Of a DNA stretch of 64,000 nucleotides, positions 56,590 to 64,000 are shown piece after piece; position 1 is the stretch's first letter, and each line of letters opens with the position of its first letter. Position numbers and translations under genes: made by a program. Below the pieces are notes generated by a model, which did no database searches, was not told the origin of the DNA, and was given only the letters and a program-made list of their open reading frames with translations. Origin of the DNA: Rebecca billardiae RCC1528 (Eukaryota > Protista > Haptophyta); contig OZ251235.1 of assembly GCA_965240325.2 (NCBI GenBank), positions 434,001-498,000 of the forward strand, read 5' to 3'.

Positions 56590-59500
56590 ATGAAGCGCGG
56601 GCTCGGTGGCGGCGGCGACGGCGGCGATGGCAAGCGCGCAAAGGCCGCGCCCGACGCGGCGGCCAGCGCTGCCGCCGCGCAGCCGAGCGCGGACGAGGTG
56701 AAGCGGCAGCGCCTCGAGAAGATGCGCGCGTGGAAGGCGCAGAAGCAGCAGCAGCAGCAGGGCGCAGTCGGCGAGGGAGCCGGCGGAGCGGCCGACTCGA
56801 AGGCGCCTCCCCCGTCTGCCCAGCCCGCCGCGCCCACCATCGGTGCGATCAAGCTCGCGCCCACGCGCGCGGTCGGCGGCACGCTCGGCACGGTCGCAAA
56901 GGCGAGCGCCGCCGTCGCCACCGCGCTGCCGGCGACCTTCGGCGCGGCGGCGCAGGCGGGTGGCGAGGCCGAGGACAAGCCGCGTATTCGCATGTGGTCC
57001 TTCGACGACGACGCCGACGACGACGCCCCGCCGCCGCCCAACGGCGCGCACAAGCCGGCCAGGAGGCGAGGACCGCGCGCGGCCGGCGCGGGCGGCGACG
57101 AGGGTGACGACGAGGACGACGGCGACGAGATCGGGCCGGACCCTGGCGCGTCCGCCGAGCCCGAGGTGGACCCGCTCGACGCGTTCATGACGACGATCGG
57201 CGGCGAGCCGGCGCAGCCCCGGCCGGGCACCGCGCCGCAGCCCGCGGCCGCGCAGAGCATCTCCTTTGAGCAGCTGTTTGGCGGCGCGGGGCCGGCGGGC
57301 CACGGGTCTAACCTGGGGCAGCGCGCGGCGCGCGGCGGCTTCGACGACGTGCTGACGGACACGCCGATGACTGACCAGAGCGGCGACGAGGGCGGCGGCG
57401 GCGGCGGCGGCGCCACCGCCGCGCGCCGCGTGAGCCGCCCGAGCAACGCGCTCGCTCGCGCGGCGATGGCGGCGGCCTCGCACTCGGGCGGCGCGCCGGA
57501 CGGCGGCGCGCCGACGGGCGCCGCCGGCGCGCCCGCCGTGGACGACGAGGAGGACTTCCACCGCGCGTTCGTCGAGGCGATGCGCAGGGCGAACGGCGAG
57601 GATGGCGGCGCCGCCGCCGCCGCGCCCGCCGCGCCGAGCGCCGCCGCGCCGCCGCCGCCGCAGGACGAGCGCTTCTTCGACGACGACAACGGCGAGGGCG
57701 CCGACATCTTTGGGCTTGGGAGTGAGGGCGAGACCGCCGAGGGCGCGCGCGCAGAGGACGGGGACGAGGGCGGCGGGGGTCGCGGCGAGGGGCTGTACGG
57801 CGCGCGGCGGCGGAAGGAGCTCGCGCCGGTCGACCACTCCACGATCGAGTACCCGCCCTTCCGCAAGAGCTTCTTCGTCGAGGCGGCCGAGCAGCGCGCG
57901 ATGAGCGCTGAGCAGGTGGCCGCGCGCAGGCAGGCGCTCGACATGCGCGTGCACGGCAAGCGCTGCCCCAAGCCGATCTCGCGCTGGACGCAGTGCGGGC
58001 TGCCCGACGCGATGCTCTCGGCGCTCGAGCGGCACGGGTACGCGGCGCCCTTCGCCGTGCAGGCGCAGGCGCTCCCCGCGCTCATGGCCGGGCGCGACGT
58101 GATCGGCATCGCGAAGACGGGCTCCGGCAAGACGATTGCGTACGCGCTGCCGATGCTGCGGCACGCGCTCGACCAGCCGGCCCTGCGGAGCGGCGACGGG
58201 CCGATCGCGCTGGTGATCGTGCCGACGCGCGAGCTCGCCGTGCAGGTGTTCAAGGAGGCCAACCGCTTCGCCAAGGCCGTCGGCGCGACCATCGCGTGCA
58301 TCTACGGCGGCACCGCGACCAAGCAGCAGATCGATGCGCTCAAGCGCGGCGCCGAGGCGGTCGTCTGCACGCCCGGCCGGATGATCGACATGCTCACGAC
58401 CAACTCGGGGCGCGTGACCAACCTGCGGCGCGTGACGTTCGTCGTGCTCGACGAGGCCGACCGGATGTTCGACCTCGGCTTCGAGCCGCAGGTCAAGCGC
58501 CTCCTCGCCAACGTGCGCCCCGACCGGCAGGTCGCCCTGTTCAGCGCCACCTTCCCAAAGGCGGTCGACGAGATCGCTCGGCAGACGCTGCACAAGCCGG
58601 TGCAGGTGATCGTGGGCGGGGTGTCGGTGGTCTCGTCGACGATCACGCAGCACGTCGACGTGGTGCCGAGCGACGCCAAGTTCGACAAGCTCTGCGCCAT
58701 CCTGAACAGGCACCTCAGCCACGGCCAGGCCCTCGTGTTTGTGGACACGCACGACGCGGCCGACAAGCTCTTCGGCCAGCTGGTGGGCGCGCGCTACCCG
58801 ACGCTCTCGCTGCACGGCCGGATGGACCAGTGCGACCGGGACTCGGTCGTCGCCGACTTCAAGTGCGGCGCCGCGCCGGTGCTCGTCGCCACCTCCGTCG
58901 CCGCGCGCGGCCTCGACGTGAAGGACCTCGTCTGCGTCGTCAACTACGACGTGCCCTCTCACTACGAGGACTACGTGCACAGGGTGGGGCGCACCGGGCG
59001 CGCGGGGCGCAAGGGGGACGCGTACACGCTGCTCTGCCCCGAGGAGGAGAAGCACGCGCCGGACCTCGTGCGCGCGCTCGAGCTGGCGAAGCAGGAGGTG
59101 CGCGCGCGGGGGCGCGCGGGGCAGCGTCGCGCGCGCGCGCGGGGCCGGGGGCGCGCGGCGCGAATGCATCGCGCAACCCATCGCATCCGCACGCACTCAG
59201 ACGGCCGCTGCCGCGCGGCTGACCCGCCCGCCCCCCCTCCCGTGCGCCAGGTGCCGGACGACCTCGCCGTGATCGCGGCCACGTACACGGACAAGAAGCA
59301 GGCGGGGCTGCTCTCGGCCGCTGCGGCGAAGAAAAAAGGATTCCGCCATTCGGGTCATAAGGGCTTTGGCTTTGACCAGAGCTCCCTCGACGCGCAGGCG
59401 GAGAAGGACAGAAAAGTGCGCACATGCACACGCACACGCACACCTGCACGCCCTGCACACCTGCACCTGCCGCTGCTGCACCTGCTGCGGCGGCGTGCGC

Positions 59501-60555
59501 GGCCGTGTGTCGGCCGTGTGCTGCGACGTGCGCTCCGACGTGCGCTGCGCGCGTCCCGTGGGGCGCCACGCGTGTCGGGCGAGTGCTCGCGCCGCGCCCT
59601 TCGCCGCGACGCCCGGCGCGCCGCTCACGCCCGCCCTCCCCCTCCGCGCCCACCCCGCCCGCCCCGCCCGCCCCGCCCTCAGGCCCGGCGCATGAAGCTG
59701 CGCGCGGAGGGCGTGGAGCTGGAAGCGAGCGAGAGCGAGGACGAGGATGGGGCGGGCGCGCAGGCGGCGCGGCGCAACCCAAAGCTGCCCGCGCCGCCGC
59801 CGCCGCCGACGGCCGGCGGCGGGGCGCAGCCCGCGCCCACGCCCATGCCGATGCCCACGCCCACGGACGCGCTCGCCGCCGCCGCGTCGTCAGCCGCTCA
59901 GGCCATCGCCGCGCGCCTGGGCTTGGACCCACAGGCTGCTGCGCGCCAGGCGGCGGCCAACGCGGCCGCGGCCGCGGCCGCAGCGGGCACGCAGCCGGCG
60001 GCGGCCGCGGCCAACCTGCCGGTCGCACCGCCCGCGCCGCCCGGCATGGCCGGCGGCGCGGCGGCCGACCCGATCCTCAGCGCGCAGGAGCGCGCGCGCG
60101 CAGCCGCGGCCGAGGTGGCGAGCAGGATTGGGCTCGGCGCGCCGAGCGCGGGCAGCAGCGCGGCCAAGCTGCCGGCGTCGCTCCCGCAGGCGCCGCCGCC
60201 GCCGCCCGGCGTGATGCCGCCGCCCGGCGCGGGCGCGCGCATGCCGCGCAAGTGGCTGAGCACCGAGATCGAGATCAACGACTACCCGAAGACGGCGCGG
60301 TGGAAGGTGACGCACAAGGAGGCGCTGATCTCGATCACAGAGTGGACGCGCGCCGCCATCACGACAAAGGGCGTGTACACGCCGCCGGGGAAGAACCCGC
60401 CGCCGGGCGAGCGCAAGCTCTACCTGCTGATCGAGGCGGAGGACCCCGCGCAGATCAAGGAGGCGAAGCAGGAGATCAAGCGCATCCTCGAGGAGACGTC
60501 TGCGTACGCTGCGCCCGACGAGAAGGTCGGAGGCGGCCGGTACAGCGTCGTGTGA
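56590..60555 (+). CDS. DDX46: DEAD-box RNA helicase PRP5/DDX46; exons 56590-59097, 59251-59415, 59683-60555
   Basis: DPLDAFM motif, AKTGSGKT, PTRELA, TPGRMID, NSGRVTNLRR, DEAD, SAT, HRVGRTGRAG, C-terminal KH-like EIEINDYPKTARWKVT; two in-frame introns. Confidence 0.95.
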   Translation: MKRGLGGGGDGGDGKRAKAAPDAAASAAAAQPSADEVKRQRLEKMRAWKAQKQQQQQGAVGEGAGGAADSKAPPPSAQPAAPTIGAIKLAPTRAVGGTLGTVAKASAAVATALPATFGAAAQAGGEAEDKPRIRMWSFDDDADDDAPPPPNGAHKPARRRGPRAAGAGGDEGDDEDDGDEIGPDPGASAEPEVDPLDAFMTTIGGEPAQPRPGTAPQPAAAQSISFEQLFGGAGPAGHGSNLGQRAARGGFDDVLTDTPMTDQSGDEGGGGGGGATAARRVSRPSNALARAAMAAASHSGGAPDGGAPTGAAGAPAVDDEEDFHRAFVEAMRRANGEDGGAAAAAPAAPSAAAPPPPQDERFFDDDNGEGADIFGLGSEGETAEGARAEDGDEGGGGRGEGLYGARRRKELAPVDHSTIEYPPFRKSFFVEAAEQRAMSAEQVAARRQALDMRVHGKRCPKPISRWTQCGLPDAMLSALERHGYAAPFAVQAQALPALMAGRDVIGIAKTGSGKTIAYALPMLRHALDQPALRSGDGPIALVIVPTRELAVQVFKEANRFAKAVGATIACIYGGTATKQQIDALKRGAEAVVCTPGRMIDMLTTNSGRVTNLRRVTFVVLDEADRMFDLGFEPQVKRLLANVRPDRQVALFSATFPKAVDEIARQTLHKPVQVIVGGVSVVSSTITQHVDVVPSDAKFDKLCAILNRHLSHGQALVFVDTHDAADKLFGQLVGARYPTLSLHGRMDQCDRDSVVADFKCGAAPVLVATSVAARGLDVKDLVCVVNYDVPSHYEDYVHRVGRTGRAGRKGDAYTLLCPEEEKHAPDLVRALELAKQEVRARGRAGQRRARARGRGRAARMHRATHRIRTHSDGRCRAADPPAPPPVRQVPDDLAVIAATYTDKKQAGLLSAAAAKKKGFRHSGHKGFGFDQSSLDAQAEKDRKVRTCTRTRTPARPAHLHLPLLHLLRRRARPCVGRVLRRALRRALRASRGAPRVSGECSRRALRRDARRAAHARPPPPRPPRPPRPPRPQARRMKLRAEGVELEASESEDEDGAGAQAARRNPKLPAPPPPPTAGGGAQPAPTPMPMPTPTDALAAAASSAAQAIAARLGLDPQAAARQAAANAAAAAAAAGTQPAAAAANLPVAPPAPPGMAGGAAADPILSAQERARAAAAEVASRIGLGAPSAGSSAAKLPASLPQAPPPPPGVMPPPGAGARMPRKWLSTEIEINDYPKTARWKVTHKEALISITEWTRAAITTKGVYTPPGKNPPPGERKLYLLIEAEDPAQIKEAKQEIKRILEETSAYAAPDEKVGGGRYSVV

Positions 60556-61085
60556 TCAGCACGGCCACACCGTGCACCCTCAGCCAGCTAATGTCCGTGA
60601 CGAGTCACCCAGCTAAAGTACGAGACGGTACGATTGAATGTCGATTGTCGATTCAGGCAGTGGCACGGTCGGCGGTGCCGCCGACGGCGGCACGGGCGGC
60701 TCGCCGCTCGCACGGGCCCAGGACCAGGAGAGTGCGGTCAGCCCGATCCGTGATGCCCGCGGTCCGCGGCGCGATCCGCGTCATGCCGTCCTTACCGCGC
60801 CGGCCGCAGCCCTATCGTTATGACTCGTTGTCGACGGCACAGTACTCGGCGTCGCAGCGACAGTCCGGGCCGCACTAAATGTTCGGTCTGTCGCTGCGAC
60901 GCCGAGCATTAGTGCGGCCCGCCGGGTGGGCCGACGGTGGGTGACGATGGTGGCGTGGGGCACCAGCGTAGCCATCGTGCTCTGCTCCGATGAGGTGTCC
61001 GGACGGTACCGGATTCCGCAAAGCCCAGCGCGCGGCCTGCGCAAGCGCGGAGGCAGGCGGCTGCTGCGATCGTCGCGGCGCTGCC

Positions 61086-61815
61086 ATGGCTCAGATCGAA
61101 GGCGTGATCGGTACGTTCGCACCTCGCGCATCGGTGCCGTCCGTCGCGACGTCGATGAACGGCATCGGCTGAACCCTGCCGCGCTGCGCGCTCACCCGCC
61201 GCCCCGCTGCGTGCTTGCACACGCGCCCGCCCGCGCGCAGCTCTGGTCGGCAAGGATTACACGATGCTCATGACAGACAGCAACTTTGCAGACTCGATCT
61301 TGATCCGGCGGAAGGATTACGATAAGATCATGCCGATGGGGAAGCACAAGCTGCTCGCCATGGGCGGTAACGCCGCGGACATGGTGCAGTTCGGCGAGTA
61401 CGTCCAGAAGAACCTGACGCTGTACGAGCTGCGCAACGGCTTTCCGCTCTCCACACACGCGGCAGCCAACTACCTGCGGGGGGAGGTGGCGCACGGCCTG
61501 CGCGCGGGAGGCATGGTGCTGCTCGACTTCCTCTTCGGCGGCTACGACAAGGACGTCGGCCCGTCGCTCTACTTCCTCGACTACCTGGCCGCGCTGCACA
61601 AGGTGAACAAGGTGGCGCACGGCTACCCGGCAATGTTTGTCACGCCCATCCTCGACCGGGAATGGAAGCCGGGCATGACGGAGGCGGAGGGGCTCGAGGT
61701 GATGAACAAATGCATCGAGGCCATCCAAAAGCGCTTCCTCGTGAGCATGCCCTCCTTCACCATCAAGATCGTCGACGCCAACGGCGTGCGCACGATCCGC
61801 GAGGCTGGCACGTAA
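61086..61815 (+). CDS. PSMB2: 20S proteasome subunit beta type-2 (beta4/Pre1); exons 61086-61110, 61241-61815
   Basis: Spliced MAQIEGVIALVGKDY...; DMVQFGEYVQKNLTLYELRNG, AAANYLR, GPSLYFLDYLA, HGY, KRFLVSMPSFTIKIVDANG. Confidence 0.93.
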
Positions 61816-62460
61816 GCGGCGCCCGGGTCCCAGCCCTGAGCGCTCGGCCGCGACACATCGCAGACCTGCTGGTTGGGCCTGCCGAGTGCGCGACATGACA
61901 TCTGCTCCGGGCAGTCGTACTCGCAGCTGGGTGAGCGGTGGCCGCAGTCACGGCGGTGGCTCGATCTTCCGCGTGTCGGGCTGCCGATGTCGGACAACAG
62001 GCCGCACGTGCTCCGCGCAGTCCGTGGCCCGGCGTGGGGCCCGTGGCCGCGGCAGTCCCGTGTCGGGACGGGCCACGATTCCGTTCATCAGCGGCATCTC
62101 CCGAGTCGCTGATGGTGCTCAGGTGACTGTGACACATGTAGTATCAGAGACGGATATTGACCGGCCGTCTTATCAATGTCTCAAGGCGCCCGAGGCAGCA
62201 GCGGGCAGGGCGCGCACTACTGTCAGCGGACCGGGCGGGACTGCCCGTCCGCCCGGGCCCGGCACCGTCGGCTGTCCGGCAGCACGCGCCACACGCCACA
62301 CGGCCACACCGCACGCGGGTTGTAACGGGGTCGGAATGGCGGCGGGCAGAGCCTCGGTGCGTCTTGGAGCGGTCTCGATGACCGTCGCGTCAGTCCAGCT
62401 GGCGCCATTTCGGCCGGCCGGTGGCCGCGCGCTCGCCCAAACCGCCGCCCGCCGGCTCGC

Positions 62461-63926
62461 TCAGACCTGCCGCGAGCACAGCCGGCGCACCTGCTCGCCG
62501 TTCGAGGCTGTGATCAGGTGCACCTGCTCCAGCACCGCCTGTGCCGAGTGCGCGAGGGAGAGGTCCGGCATCGGGCGCCATGTGCCCGTGTGCATGTAGT
62601 AGCTAAGCATCGCCTCGAGCTCGGCCGGCGAGTACGGCGGGACGGTGATTCGACGCACGCCCGGCGCCTCCTCGCCGTCCGCCTCCGCCCTCGCGCCCCA
62701 CGTGCCGCGCAGCCGCTGCCGCTGCCGCTTCTTCAGCCGACGGCTCTTAACCTGCGGCTGGAAGGTGCACGTGGCGGACTCAGCGCTGAGGACTAGCCCG
62801 CGCTTGAGCTGCGAGCCCACCTCCACGGGCGACGGGAGCAGCCGCGGCAGCAGGAAGCGCGAGGCATCGAGCGGCAGCACCGACTCCGGCTCCATAAACA
62901 CCGTCTGCGGCGCGGCGCGCGCTCGGGCGCGTTGGGTTGGGTGGTGGCGGGGTTGCGGGCGGGCGGCGTCAGCAGCGCACGACGGGCGCCATCGCGCGGG
63001 CACGCGGCACGCACCCCGTGCTCGAAAGCGTTCGCGTCGTCCAGCACGATCGCCACCGGCCGCGCGTCCACCTCGCGCAGCTCGCGCAGCGCGAGCGTGA
63101 GCGCGTGCGGCGCGAGCGCCTCGTCGGTCGCGCCGAGCTGCGCGAGGTCGTTCAGATTCTCGAGCCGGACGCCGGACTCGTCGGCGAAGGCGGCGGTCTC
63201 GGCGCACTTGGCCGGGAGCTCGAGGAGCGCATCGTCGTGCGCGGCGAGTAGCCCGCGCATCACGCCCATCGTGCTGCCCGTCACGTCGCATAGCTCCGCT
63301 AGGTCGTCGCGGCCTGTGCTCGACATCTCGACGCGCGCGCCGCTCAGCTGTGCGATCGTCGGCGCAGAGTTGAGGTATACGTGCGCGGAGGGGATGGAGA
63401 GGACGAGCCAGCCGGAGGCGCGGCAGGCGTGCACGAGTGATGTGAGCAGCGCGGATTTCCCCACGCCCCGCGGCCCGTCGATCACCACCGCAGCCGTGCG
63501 CGCGAGTGCGTCCGCATCGTCGCGCATCGATTCGAGCAGCGCGCACGCGTCGAGCGTGCACTGGCGCACGAGCAGGGCAGCGAGGTTGGTGGCTCGGAAC
63601 TCGCGGTGCACGCCCACGTTAACGCCCTCAGGAAAGTGCTTCTCAAGCGTGGCGACGTCCAGCTCGTAGAATCTGTTCAGGTCCTCGGCCGAGAGGGCGC
63701 CCGGCTGATTCTGCGTGAACAGCCGCTCAGCCGGCACGCTCGCGGCCGGCTCCGGCTGGCGCTGGAGCAAGGGGACGTCTTCGTGCGGGTTCGACTTGAA
63801 GGCGTGCTCGACCGAGGAGCTCGTTGTCGAGAGTGCGCGCGCGAGGGCCGGCCACGACGCGAACGCCGCGCGGCCTCGCCGAGCGCACGATGACGCCACG
63901 TGAAGCGCCATGCGTGGCCGTGCCAT
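62461..63926 (-). CDS. DAP3: Mitochondrial small-subunit ribosomal protein mS29/DAP3; exons 63926-63015, 62904-62461
   Basis: Arg-rich presequence; LLVRQ, P-loop IDGPRGVGKS, GWLVLSIP, PVAIVLDDANAF, VPPYSPAELEAMLSYY, SNG near the C-terminus. Confidence 0.85.
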
Positions 63927-64000
63927 CGCCAAAGTCCGGGGCACGATGGCCGGTGACGATGACAGTGGCCGGGACGTCCAGTGGCATGCCTCTCGCGTGT

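Noticed and set aside
56236-59196. 986-aa minus-strand ORF
   Set aside because: Antisense shadow of DDX46.

Overview
Very GC-rich, gene-dense eukaryotic nuclear DNA with short spliceosomal introns (typically GTGCGC...GCGCAG) and bipartite plastid-targeting leaders. This points to an alga with a complex plastid, most like a haptophyte such as Pavlovales (inference). About 19 genes are supportable: a large unknown gene running off the left edge, a Methyltransf_24-type methyltransferase, a small plastid membrane protein, a Rad21/Rec8 kleisin, TPR-prolyl 4-hydroxylase, a RING-PHD protein with an RPA-binding-like N-terminus, an EsV-1-7 repeat protein, an Apple+DUF5695 protein, exostosin GT47, an EF-hand protein, NDUFAF7/MidA, GSA aminotransferase, a GT-like/sulfotransferase fusion, class I and class II fructose-bisphosphate aldolases, an NRF/acyltransferase-3, PRP5/DDX46, proteasome beta-4 and DAP3. 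Gene blocks are separated by lower-GC tracts with (TA)n, nested inverted-repeat elements, a ~1.1 kb palindrome and a 3.5 kb CAC-terminated TIR element. Best leads: (1) the non-homologous class I and class II aldolases sit head-to-head, and the class II copy appears to lack the catalytic Glu182 equivalent; (2) three families of ~48-62 bp dispersed elements, two of which recur just upstream of start codons; (3) the RPA-motif/RING/PHD architecture. Most long ORFs in the supplied track are antisense or GC-shadow frames. All family assignments are by eye from motifs; no searches were run.
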